Below are positions 48,779-61,354 of a stretch of 64,000 bases of DNA, piece by piece. Origin of the DNA: Raja brachyura. Lineage: Eukaryota. Position 1 is the first letter of the stretch, and every line of letters starts with the position of its first letter. Under the pieces are notes generated by a model, which saw nothing but the letters and a program-made list of their open reading frames with translations, did no database searches and had not been told where the DNA came from. The position numbers and the translations under genes were made by a program. The DNA lies in assembly GCA_963514005.1 (NCBI GenBank), contig OY740808.1, positions 11,966,001 through 12,030,000 on the forward strand, written 5' to 3'.

Positions 48779-50990
48779 ACATAGAAACATAGAAATTTGG
48801 TGCAGGAGTAGGCCATTCGAGCCTGCACCGCCATTCAATATGATCATGGCTGATCATCCAACTCAGTATCCCGTACCTGCCTTCTCTCCATACCCTCTGA
48901 TCCCCCTAGCCACAAGGGTCACATCTAACTCCCTCTTAAATATAGCCAATGAACTAGCCTCAACTACCCTCTGTGGCAGAGAGTTCCAGAGACCCACCAC
49001 TCTCTGTGTGAAAAACTTCCTTCTCATCTCGGCCCTAAAGGATTTCCCCCTTATCCTTATGCTGTGACCCCTTGTCCTGGACCTCCCCAACATCGGGAAC
49101 AATCTTCCTGCATCTAGCCTGTCCAACCCCTTAAGAATCTTGTAAGTTTCTATAAGATCCCCTCTCAATCTCCTAAATTCTAGAGAGTATAAACCGAGTC
49201 TAGTATAAACCGGGTATAAACCGAGTTCTAGAGAGTGGTGAGTCTCTGGAATTCTCTGCCACAGAAGGTAGTTGAGGCCAGTTCATTGGCTATATTTAAG
49301 AGGGCGTTAGATGTGGCACTTATGGCTAAAGGGATCAGGGGGTATGGAGAGAAGGAAGGTACGGGATACTGAGTTGGATGATCAGCCATGATCACATTGA
49401 ATGGCGGTGCAGGCTCGAAGGGCCGAATGGCCTACTCCTGCACCTATTTTCTATGTCTATGTTTCTATGAGTCTATGCAGTCTTTGTTCATAAGACAGTC
49501 CTGACATCCCAGGAATCAGTCTGGTGAACCTTTGCTGCACTCCCTCTATGGCAATAATGTCCTTCCTCAGATTTGGAGACCAGAACTATACGCAATACTC
49601 CAGGTGTGGCCTCACCAAGACCCTATACAACTGAAGTAGAACCTCCCTGCTCCTATATTCAAATCCTTTTGCTATGAAAGCTAACATACCATTCGCTTTC
49701 TTCACTGCCTGCTGTACCTGCATGCCTACTTTCAATGACTGGTGTACCATGACACCCAGGTCGCGCTGCATCTCCCCTTTTCCTAATCGGCCTCCATTTA
49801 GATAATAGTCTGTTTTCCTATTTTTGCCACCAAAGTGGATAACCTCACATTTATCCACATTATACTGCATCTGCCAAACATTTGCCCACTCACCCAGCCT
49901 ATCCAAGTCACCTTGCAGTCTCCTAGCATCCTCCTCATCGCTAACACTGCCCCCCAGCTTAGTGTCATCCCGCAAACTTGGAGATACTGCCTTCAATTCC
50001 CTCATCCAGATCATTTATGTATATTGTAAATAGCTGGGGTCCCAGCACTGAGCCTTGCGGTTCCCCACTAGTCACTGCCTGCCATTGTGAAAACGACCCG
50101 TTTACTCCTACTCTTTGCTTCCTGTTTGCCAGCCAGTTCTCTATCCACATCAATACTGAACCCCCAATGCCATATACTTTAAGTTTATATACTAATCTCT
50201 TATGTGGGACCTTGTCGAAAGCCTTCTGGAAGTCCAGATACACCACATCCACTGGTTCTCCCCCATCCACGCTACTAGTTACATCCTCGAAAAATTCCAC
50301 AAGATTTGTCAGACATGATTTACCTTTCGTAAATCCATGCTGACTTTGTCCAATGATTTCACCACTTTCCAAATGTGCTGCTATCTCATCTTTAATAACT
50401 GACTCTAGCAGTTTCCCCACTACCGATGTTAGACTAACTGGTCTGTAATTCCCCGTTTTCTCTCTCCCCCCCCTTCTTAAAAAGAGGTGTTATGTTTGCT
50501 ACCCGCCAATCCTCAGGAACTACTCCAGAATCTAAAGAGTTTTGAAAGATTATCACTAATGCATCCACTATTTCCGGAGCTACTTTCTTAAGTACTCTGG
50601 GATGCAGCCTATCTGGCCCTGGGGATTTATCGGCCTTTAATCCATTCAATTTACCCAACACCACTTCCCGACTAACCTGGATTTCACTCAAGTACTCCTT
50701 TGACCCGCGGTCCCCTGCTATTTCCGGCAGATTATTTATGTCTTCCTTAGTGAAGACGGAACCAAAGTAGTTATTCAATTGGTCCACCATATCCTTGTTC
50801 CCCATGATCAACTCACCTGTTTCTGACTGCAAGGGACCTACATTTGTTTTAACTAATCTATTTCTCTTCACATATCTATAAAAACTTTTGCAGTCAGTTT
50901 TTATGTTCCCTGCCAGTTTTCTTTCATAATCTATTTTTCCTTTCCTAATCAAGCCCTTTGTCCTTCTCTGCTGGTCTCTGAATTTCTCCC
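48779..50990 (-). mobile_element. CR1 LINE in the last SEPT5 intron, containing an inverted short copy at about 49230-49470
   Basis: [49 protein letters not shown]; (CATAGAAA)n tail. Confidence 0.92.
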
Positions 50991-51633
50991 ATGAGACATG
51001 AGAAATTATCAGGAGATTCCTTAATGACAACTTGATTCCCTTGTCAAATCAGAGACCAAAGGCTAATATTCAAGCTACAATCCAAGTTTCCAAATTCCTG
51101 TATGGATAGGCCTTGTATACTTTAATCTGTCCAATTTCACCTTCTGATGATTCAATGGGAATCCAATTTGAGTGGTTCCTATGTTGGGCAATAAATTTGC
51201 AAATCCAGTTTAATATCAGGCAGAAAATTGAAATTGTAGCTTATTTATAGCCAGATAAACAGTCATTAGAAAGCCCACTACGCAGGAGCACAGGGATTGA
51301 ATTCATTGCTGGGAAAGAACAACATTTCAACACCAATCTTATTTAACTGGCTCTGCCCACTGTTGGTGATTCCATATTCAAGCTAATCATGGCAAAATCT
51401 CATCTCGATTAATTTGCAAATGATTACTTCCTGTCAATTCTCAGAACAATTTAAAAATGAACAGCAAACAAAATGAAACAGTAAAATCACAAATGTTGAT
51501 TAAATATTTTCGGTGAATCTACTCACACAGGTGGCCACCAATAACAGACTCAAGATTGTTACAGACTATTCAGTTACATGGTGTGGATTTCACACCTCAG
51601 ACACTCATCTTTCTTCACACTTCAGCCACTCAC

Positions 51634-51736
51634 CTCTTCGTCTTTCATTTTGATCAGTTTTTCTGTTTCTGCATCCGGAGTTGGCACTGGGAGTATGGGG
51701 AGGGGACTTTCTGCTCGGTTGTCCTGGGTCAATTTA
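51634..51736 (-). CDS. SEPTIN5: Septin-5 exon (103 nt)
   Basis: [34 protein letters not shown], a SEPT5-diagnostic segment; AG/GT boundaries. Confidence 0.95.
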
Positions 51737-52639
51737 CTGTGTAAATTAAAGTATGGAAAAGTCAGTGGCTTTTTTCAGCTGCCTTTGTAATTTTATAATG
51801 TCACATTGGGAATAATAAAATAAATTCTGATCTTCCGATTCCACACTTCCAAACATGACAATAACATGAACTGTGTGAAACTCCCAACGATAAAATGGCC
51901 ACAATTTAGCATGGTGGATAGTGTCGATCCCCTATATTTCCACAAAAATCTCACGAGTGGTTCATAAGGTGCTTGTGGGAAACCCTTGAGAATTTGAGGG
52001 CCACTCATTGATCCGTTCTAATTTGTCTGGAAAAGCCATGAATTTTAGCAGAGTAATTCTTGCAAGGAGTCCTCAGAAAAGGAGTGGTGGAAATTCAAGG
52101 AAATTGAATAATTCACTGATATGAACTTCCATGGAAATTCTGCCCACGCAGTGTCTAAAAGAGTTATTTTTGAGAGAGGACCGCATGTTTTTTCCTTTGC
52201 ACGAGGCATGAACCAAATGATTCCGACAATCCTCGGGTTCTGGCACTGTAATGCTGAGAACTATATCCTGTACTTTGCATCTTTCCCTTCACTCTAAATA
52301 TTGCACTCGAGTTTGGCTTGCTTGTATTTATGGATAATATTATCTGATTTGATTGGATAGTATGCACAAATAAAGCTTTTCAATGTATCGGTACACATGA
52401 CAATAATAAACCTAAAGGTAAACCTAATTCAGCATCCATGGTATATCATCAATGCATGAAACAATAGGTGGAATTGGCTGCCGATAAATTCAGTTTCAAC
52501 ATTGCTCTGTCCAATGCTTAGAGGTGCGTAAGCAGAAATGGGATAGAATTGTGATGTGCTGAATCTGCATTACAGCCAGTGCAGTAAAGCTATTAATAAA
52601 TCTAATAAAATGCATAGATATAAAGTCAGCATGTTGAAA

Positions 52640-53700
52640 ACAGAAACATAGAAACATAAGTGCAGGAGTAGACCCTTTGGCACTCCGAGCCAGCAAAGCC
52701 ATTCAATATGATCATGGCTGATCATCTAAAATCAGTACCCAGTTCCTGCATTTTCCCCATATCCCTTGATTCCTTTAGCCCTAAGAGCTAAATCTAACTC
52801 TCTCTTGAAAACATCCAGTGAATTGGCCTTCACTGCCTTCTGTGGCAGAGAATTCCACAGATTCACAACTCTGGGTGACATTTTTTTTTCATCTCAGTCC
52901 TAAATGGCCTACCCCTTACTTTTTTCCTCATCTCAGTCCTAAATGGCCTACCCCTTATTCTTAAACTGCGACCCCTGGTTCTGGACCCTCCCAACATCAG
53001 GAACATTTTTCCTACATCTAGCCTGTCCAATCTGTTAAGAATTGTATATGTTTCTATCAGATCCAAAACTTCTAAATTCCTGTGAATGCAAGCCCAGTCC
53101 ATCCATTCTTCACCATATGTCGGTCCCAGGAACTAACCTGGTGAACCTACACTGCACTCCCTCAATAGCAATAATGGCCTTCCTCAAATTAGGAGACCAA
53201 AATTACACACAATACTCCAGGTGCGGGCTCACCAGGGCCCTGTACAACTGCATTAGGTCCTCCTTGATCCTAAACTCAAATCCTCTCGCAATGAAGGCCA
53301 ACATGCCATTAGCTCCCTACGCACCGTGCCTCGTTGCACCTCCCCTTTTCCTAATCTGACACCATTCAGATAATAATCGGCCTTCCTGCTCTTGCCACCA
53401 AAGTGGATACCTCACATTTATCCACATTATACTGCATCTGCCCACTCACCCATACTATCCAAGTCACCCTGCCGGCTCTTAACATCCTCATCGCAGCTCA
53501 CACTGCCACCCAGCTTTGTGTCATCTGCAAACTTGGAGATGTTACACTCTAATCTTGCACACTAATCTCTTGTGTGGGACCTTGACAAAGGCTTTTTGAA
53601 AGTCCAGATACACCATATCCACTGGCTCTTCCTTATCCATTCTACTTGTTACATCCTCAAATTTTTCCAGAATTATTTCCCCTTCATAAATCCATGCTGA
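52640..53700 (-). mobile_element. CR1 LINE fragment (SEPT5 intron)
   Basis: (CATAGAAA)n tail; RGRPFRTEMRK; DFQKAFVKVPHKRL. Confidence 0.85.
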
Positions 53701-53997
53701 CGTTGATAGGGTCATAAAGCATAGTGTCACACAGCACAGACATACAGTAGGACCTTCAGCCCAACTCTTCTGTCCAAGATGCCCATCTAAGCTAATCCAA
53801 TTTGCCTGCATTTGATCCATGTCCCATGAAACATTTCTTATTCATGTACCTGTGCAAATGTCCTTTAAATGTTATTGTTGCTCCTGCCTCAACCGCTATC
53901 TCAGGCAGCTTGTTCCACCAATATTGTACCACCAAAAGTTCCTCAGTGGATCTAGTTCCTGATGGGAGGGTGAATGATGGGCAGAAAGAAAACCAAC

Positions 53998-54133
53998 CTT
54001 GTCATTTCCTGAATGCATCGAGCTCTGAAGTTCTCATAGTGAATGTCCCAGGTAACATCCTTCAGGTCCTGCATGTGCGTTCGGATCAGCATGTTCCGCA
54101 GTTTTACAAAATCACAGTGTGCCTGGTTCTCCA
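53998..54133 (-). CDS. SEPTIN5: Septin-5 exon (136 nt)
   Basis: [45 protein letters not shown] (septin unique element). Confidence 0.95.
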
Positions 54134-55484
54134 CTGTAAAAAAATATAATCAAGAAACAATTCTTCAGGTTAGTTATTTATTGACTGCAATGACGAAGTG
54201 TCAGATGATGTCTGAGGAAGGTTCCCCCGACCCAAAACATCACCTAGCCATGTCTTCCAGAGATGCTGCCTGACCTGCTGAGTTACTCCAGTACTTTGTA
54301 TTTTATTTGTAAAACCGACAAACTGCAGTTCATTGCGTCTGCGCTGTTCAGAGGAGAGCCTTAGGAAATCTCACTCAATACCAGATCCACCCCACCCAGC
54401 ACTACCAACTGGACTCAAATATTTCACTCATATTACAAAGTGGAGGTTCAGCCACACTGGACGTGGTGCTCAAACATTTGTCTCAGAGGCAGTAATGCTG
54501 CACTGAGGCAAATGTTCTGTGCAAATAATTCAGTGTAAAGAAGTGGCTGGTAAACTACTGGTAAGTGGCTTGACTCTGAAAAATGTGTAATCAGGAAATA
54601 TACTGTCAATTATTAATTTTTCCTCAATATCAATTGAGTTTTACTTTGGACAGTAAAATTCAGATGGACCTTTTTGCACTTTTCATCTCATTGATGTCCG
54701 AGTTTCACATGGTGTTATTGTCATTTCAGACATAAAGATGTTGCTCCTAACTGTCCGCACATTTCAATGAAACCCTAAAGAACCAGCATTTATGCTTCTG
54801 GCACAATCTTATTGAATGGCAGAGCAAGCATGATAAGTCAAATCGGCTACTCCTGCTTTTATTTTTTATATCTTTACATTCTTGGGATCCAACAGTTAAA
54901 CTGGTTCATATGGAGTCAATGACACTAAAATATTTAAAAGTTACAAATTATTTTTTTGTTTAAAATGTTAAGTAATTAACCACTGTGCCCATTGAAATTG
55001 CAAATTGCATTTAGAATCAGTTTATCATAAATGTTGCACTAAAACTACATGCAAAAATGGGCATACCTTTTGTGTGTAATAAGCCCATTTTCAGCTTTCG
55101 TAATATAATCATACTATTGGCATGTTTTAGTATGTCAAGGAATACTTTGTAAAAAAATTCAGAAGTAATAACTAATTAGGTTTTAAAACACTGCCCAACA
55201 TTATTGGCTCTTGACAGTTTTTGGATTTGGCAATATACTAATTAGTGGGAGTGGAAAAATAAAACTAAACATTTCACAAAAGGGATGCTGGTTTGGGCAT
55301 GATTTAAATTGAGCATGCCCAGGTTGAAATCTTTGACTTTTACCCAAACAAGGACAATCTCAGACGCACCTACATGTAATTTCTTGATGTGTCTCCAAAG
55401 CAGGCAGCCCAATCAATCTAGTCTTTGCTTCTGAATGGTACAAATTGGAGCTTAATACTTTTGTGGGAGTTCGTCTCATTTAGA

Positions 55485-56220
55485 ATGCATTTTGTGCTCC
55501 CGATGTGGTCTTTTTTACATAGGAGAGACCAAGCATAGACTAGGCCACCATTTTGCTGAACACTTGCACACTCTCTCCCAAGGCTGGTTGGAACACCTAG
55601 TTGCTAATTACTTGTTAAAGTCCTCTTCCCATTCCCATTCCCATGCTGACCTTTCTGTCCTCTATTGCCAAAAGGAGACCACACATAAACAGGAAGAAAA
55701 GCACCTCATATTCCTCCTGGGTAGCTTACAAACAAGTGGCTTGAATATAGAATTAACCAATTTAAAATAATACCCCCATTTAAAAACATTGCATACATTT
55801 ACACCACTTCCCACCACCCCAGTCACCCTGCTCCTATCCCCTCTTCCATATGCTTATCTCCCATCCCTCTGCCACATTTCCTATTTATCTCCCTATCCTT
55901 CTCTTTCCCCTGTCCCCTTCCACCAAAATTCTTCCCTCTGACTTCACATTTCACTCCTGTCTTCTTTCCATATCTGACACATGTTTGTGTTCTTTTCACC
56001 TCTAGTCTTTGTCATTTACATCCATCTGTCAAATAGCCCCCCTCATCTGCATCCGCATATCACATTTGTCCCACCCTCACCTCGCTTTTCTAGCTTTCTC
56101 TCCCCAACTCCGAAGAAGGGTGTCAAAACACTGTCTGTCCATCCCTTCACAGATGCTGCCTGACCCACTGAGTTCTTCCAGCACTTTGTTTTTGATCACA
56201 ATTCCAGCATCTGCATTCTC
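55485..56220 (+). mobile_element. Degenerate Penelope-like element 3' part
   Basis: CSRCGLFYIGETKHRLGHHFAEHL...EEKHLIFLLG; pyrimidine-rich UTR; GATGCTGCCTGACCC..CCAGCATCTGCA end. Confidence 0.75.
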
Positions 56221-56593
56221 CCATGACTGATTTGATCAATTTCCTAGTGATTTTGCACAAAACTGATGAGGCTATCCATACAACTGTCTTGGCTAAGGTA
56301 AGATGGCATTCCGTAATGTATTACTCCTACTTTAATATCAGGCAGTGCCCTTTTGCATAATAGTGTCAGATTAATTAGAAAGTGCTCTATATTTTACATT
56401 CATCGACTGAGTTATTTTGCTATCTATCACTTTGTTAATAGCCAATATCTTGCTTGTCATAATAGAGAGGCAAGGAGAGAAAGGAGGGTTTTCTCCTCTA
56501 CTTTAAGATTTAAAATGCTCATATGTCAGGGCCACTTTGGAGCAGGGCAAGTTAGGCAGCCTTTCATTCCCCTCCTTCCCTGAGCTTGCTCAC

Positions 56594-56690
56594 CTTCTAC
56601 AATGCCCCATGGATACAGTCGGCCACGGACTCTCTGACCTCGAGCTTCCACCACTGTGTTGCTGCCGATGACTGCAAAGGGAATGCTCTC
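56594..56690 (-). CDS. SEPTIN5: Septin-5 exon (97 nt)
   Basis: [32 protein letters not shown]; AG/GT boundaries. Confidence 0.95.
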
Positions 56691-57432
56691 CTGTAACCAT
56701 TCAGAAGGAGGAAATTATATTAAGGAGGATTCATAAAAATGAAAAGTGAAGGAAAGACATGGAATATCTAATTGAAAAAAAAAAATAATAATAAGACCAG
56801 CACAGGTTTAATAAATGCCTTATCCCACTGAATGGTTTGTCCTAATGTCTCCTATGAGAAAACAATGAATTAATATAAGAAGATGTTCTGGCTTCTAATG
56901 GCACACTGGGCCATAATTATAGACCTTATCACAAAATATTACCTCTCCCAATAACAATCAAATCAGATTTGATTCCAAAGTTTATCAACAGAGAAGTATA
57001 AAGATCAAATCCTTTTACAAATCTGTATCTTCTTCATAAAGTTGCAACTCTCATGGAAATAGAGCATTGCATTATATAAGGTCTATTATATTAGTTTGTG
57101 TTCTGAGCCCAGGCAAATTAAATGCTGGTCAGGATTAAGGTCCTGTTCAGCTCTGGGAAGGTAGAATCGGGGAAGATCCCGCTGTTTCCACTCACAATTT
57201 GCATCAGGTAGGAACACAGTAAAACGCCAGTTAATCGCAACAAGGATGTGTTACGTAGTGAAACAAGTGCATCAGAGTTGGAGTTATTTAACTGAAGCTG
57301 TCCTCATCAGATCATTTCCTTCTCTAGTATCTGTTGCTGCAGTATCAAGGTCTGGTTCTTTCTAAAAAATAAATCACCACTTCCACCAACACTATTTTGC
57401 TTGAACCTCTCATTCCTTGAATTTCAATTTAC

Positions 57433-57534
57433 CTTTAGTTCTTTATCTTGCTTTTTAAATTCGTCATCTTCATCTGAGTCACATTCAGGAAATTGATATA
57501 TTTTAATTCCGTATTGTTCAATTTCATCTCTTAT
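57433..57534 (-). CDS. SEPTIN5: Septin-5 exon (102 nt)
   Basis: [34 protein letters not shown]; AG/GT boundaries. Confidence 0.95.
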
Positions 57535-57652
57535 CTACATTGGAACAGGGAGGAGCAGAGTAGAGCTCCAGTTAATAAACCAGGCTGAGAAATTCAATTT
57601 GTCAAGAACAGCAATGATTATGACATAGTGAAACAAGACCATGAACTTCAGG

Positions 57653-57880
57653 TTCAAGAAGGAACTGCAGATGCTGGAAAATCGAAGGTAGACAAAAATG
57701 CTGGAGAAACTCAGCGGTTGCGGCAGCATCTATGGAGCGAAGGAAATAGGCAACGTTTCGGGCCGAAACCCTTCTGAAGACTGAAGAAGTCTAAAGAAGG
57801 GTTTCGGCCAGAAACGTTGCCTATATCCTTCGCTCTATAGATGCTGCCGCACCCGCTGCGTTTCTCCAGCATTTTTGTCT
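57653..57880. mobile_element. Hairpin mini-element with 15-bp TSD
   Basis: ACCATGAACTTCAGG at 57638-57652 and 57881-57895; near-perfect inverted arms of about 90 bp. Confidence 0.85.
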
Positions 57881-58858
57881 ACCATGAACTTCAGGGATGA
57901 CAGACATTGATTAGTAGCCATGACAAAGATTCAACAATCAAACAAAGGAGTAATCAGGGAGGTTGTCTCTGAAGACATTGCTGAAGCTAGGAAAATTGGT
58001 GGAAAAACATAAAAGAGTTCCAGACATTTGCAGCATGATATGTGGGGTGAGCGGTGTGGTTGTGGGAGAATGTAAAAAACTGGAAATGCTAGAAATCCAA
58101 AATAAAAATTAAAAAATGCTGGAAATACACTGCAGGTTTGGCCACAACTGTGGGAAGAGAAACAGTTAATGTCAAACTCTATTTTGCTTCCCACAGATGT
58201 GGCCTGACCTACTGATTATATGGGTGGAGGCCTTGGCAGCAAATGTAGGGATGAGTTTGGGTTTAGGAACCAACACACAGTCAGTGAAACTAAAAGTGCA
58301 AGCTATGAAATGGATTGAAAATGTTGCAGAGATGGTGAACTGAGCAGTGAGGATGGGGCAATGGCTGGGGAATCATCAAAGGACCTGAGATTGCAAAATA
58401 ATGGCTGCAATGAAAAAGTGTGGATGTTGGTAAGCGCTGACCAGGTTGACCAGGCACTTGGTTTAATGTCCGGATTGTCTGTACCGCTTGACAATGTTGA
58501 TGAATACTGCCTTCTTGCTGCAGATGATGCATCCCTGAAAGAAGACTGATTGGGCAATAATTATACAGATTGGATCCATTTTGTTTTTTGTTAAAATGAG
58601 TTATCTGGGCAATTTTCCATCTTGTCTTTAAAGGCCAATGTTGCAACAGTAATGGAATTCCAAACCAGATTATATTTGTGAATGACTAGCAATATGGGCT
58701 GTTGATGTCATAGTTTGTTGGTGACAATGTGCCATTCTTCCTGGGATATTAATAACACAAATATTATGGAGAATATGCTTTTTGCCTCTGGCAGCTGAAT
58801 TTTATGTTCTGTTTATTTATCTCTGAGGCACTGTTATATTATGAATGATTTTTCTCAC

Positions 58859-58976
58859 CCTCTCTTTGAGTTTCTTCACCTCGATGGGAGTGAGCGAGTC
58901 TGCTTTTGCAATTATTGGTACAATGTTCACTTTCTGATGTAACGCTTTCATAAACTCCGTGTCCAGTGGCCGCAGC
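58859..58976 (-). CDS. SEPTIN5: Septin-5 exon (118 nt)
   Basis: [39 protein letters not shown], containing the G4 AKAD motif. Confidence 0.95.
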
Positions 58977-59715
58977 CTATACCCAAGCAGATGGAATAAA
59001 TTACACTCACAGTGGGAAGACTATCCCTCCCCACCTCCATAGACCAACCATCTCCAGCGAAAGTACAATCACAGTGAAAGACAAATCTAATCTCAAAATC
59101 TAACCATGGGCCATCGGCAAGTGGCTCCAATGATTCAAGGAGCAATGCTGTCCTTCCAAGTCCCATAATAAGAAGTAAAGCAATGCAAATTTAGCTTCTC
59201 GTGCAGTCTCTTCCACAAGAGACTACAAGAACCACTGATTTATCTGCCAATGTCTTACACAATTGTCTCAAAGAACAATCAGACCCAATTAGCCCAGGAC
59301 TGGACCCACTGTAAAACAACCATAGTACAGTCTAATATGTAAGCCCTTTCAATTCTCTCGCAAAGGTAAAGCAGAATGCATTAATTACAGAACACCGCCC
59401 TGTCCATAACTCACAACACAACCTAAAATACCTTCAGATTACTGGAGCATCTCTAAAACAAATGACAAGCTCTTCTGCAAGGCAAAATGCAGACCATAAA
59501 CTCACCCGAGACTAAGAAAACCAATACAGAAAGTTCAATGAAACCCTGGTGACATTATACTCAAGAGAGGCTCTCCTTTACTCCCAATGAACAAATTGGG
59601 CTGTTAATGTGGCTGATGACACATCATTGAACTTTACTTGCCTTGCCCCTTGATCGAATTTAGTGTGGGAAAGTACTCCAAGTACACTCCAGAAAGGCAT
59701 TTTCCTTCCTGATTA

Positions 59716-60210
59716 CTTCAATTGCATTCGCTGCTCTATGTGTCAACTGCTCTACATCAGTGAGACCAAGCACAGGCTTGGCGATTGCTTCGCCCAACAC
59801 CTCCGCTCGGTTCGCATTTACCAATCTGATCTCCTGGTGGCCCAGCACTTCAGCTCCCCCTCCCATTCCGAATCCGAACTTTCTGCCCTGGGCCTCCTCC
59901 ATGGCCAGAGTGAGTCCCACCGTAAATTGGAGGAGCAGCACCTCATATTTCGCTTGTGCAGTTTACACCCCAGCGGTAGGAACATTGACTTCTCCAATTT
60001 CAGATAGTCCTTGTTTTCTCCTTCCTTCCACTCCCCTTCCTAGCTCTCCCACAGCCAATTGTCTCCGCCTGTTCCTGTCTTCTTCCCGCCCCCCCCACCC
60101 ACCCCCACATCAGTCTGAAGAAGGGTCTTGACCCGAAACGTCACCTATTCCTTCGCTCCATAAATGCTGCCTCACCCGCTGAGTTTCTCCAGCATTTTTG
60201 TCTACCTTCA
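59716..60210 (+). mobile_element. Penelope-like element 3' part (GIY-YIG C-terminus plus terminal repeat with hammerhead-like core)
   Basis: CIRCSMCQLLYISETKHRLGDCFAQHLRSVR..KLEEQHLIFRL..NIDFSNFR*, then CTGAAGAAGGGTCTTGACCCGAAACGTC at 60115-60142. Confidence 0.85.
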
Positions 60211-60355
60211 ATCTCTATCAATGTCTCAGACCACTCTTCTCACCCCTTCTCCACCACCCACAGCTTTATTAACCCCGCAGAATTCATCTCACTCGTTGAG
60301 CAACAGAAGGCACTCACAAATAAACAGTACCCACCAGCTCAACACTCCCTCTTAC

Positions 60356-60490
60356 CCGTGTCCATAGGGAGAGATAAAATACAAGCAGCAGTGGATACGG
60401 TTATCCTGAATGTTCTTGCGATTTAGGCCACTCTCATCACGGAAATACTGCTCGAATTGTTGGTCAATATAGTCAGCTATAGGCTTCCAG
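60356..60490 (-). CDS. SEPTIN5: Septin-5 exon (135 nt)
   Basis: [45 protein letters not shown]; AG/GT boundaries. Confidence 0.95.
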
Positions 60491-61230
60491 CTGCCACAAA
60501 AAAAGAGAGAATTAGATGAAAGAGATCTCTTTCAAAGGAATGTTGGCACACAACTGTCAGCAAATCAGAATAGAGCCAGTGAGATTTCCTCTTGGTTTGT
60601 TTAGAAAGGCAGAGTTTGAAGTGTTGACTTGGTCTGTTCCTGCTCTGCCATTCATGGTTGATGCCATTTTTCTATCCTTTCCCCACAATCATGATCATCT
60701 TGTTTGTAAATAGCTTACCATCACACCAGTTTCAGTCACTTCCCTTGACTGCAGTCTTCATGACTGCAAACGCTCTGAGGGAAGTACTCTGGTACTGTCA
60801 TCCTCAATTGTGCATTCAACAGCTATCTCAGTTCCTCAGAGTAATGTCAGCAACTGTTGGTGATTTCCCATTGTTACGACCAAAAACCTCCAGGCCAATA
60901 TGATACAAAGATAAGGCACGATGGATTGAGGTTTATGTTGCGATACAGCTTAAACATTGATGCAAACATTTTGGAACAAATGACGTGAATCCAACTGTAA
61001 ACATTGTATGATATTCACTTACAGATGATCAGATGTGGGCTATTCAGCAGGTTCCTGGAAGATTAATTATCTTAACCCAGCTTGGCTATTTAACCCTTTA
61101 CATCCAAGCTTGAGGAAAATAATATCCACCATTCTGAGTTTTGAAACTTCTATCATCCTATCCCTTGGAAACAGAGTTCCACATTCCTGTCGCTTTTGTA
61201 AGGAATTGCATTTGCATCACAAAAACTTAC

Positions 61231-61354
61231 CTTTGTATGTTGTTGACTGCATCGCCAAATCCAGGAGTATCAACTATTGTCAACTTTAATTTAACACCTT
61301 TCTCTTCAATGTCCACTGTGTGTTTTAAAATCTCCACTGTTTGATTGATCCTCT
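61231..61354 (-). CDS. SEPTIN5: Septin-5 exon (124 nt); upstream exons (G1 box, N-terminus) lie beyond the window
   Basis: [39 protein letters not shown] with the G3 DTPG motif. All eight exons splice into one open frame. Confidence 0.95.
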
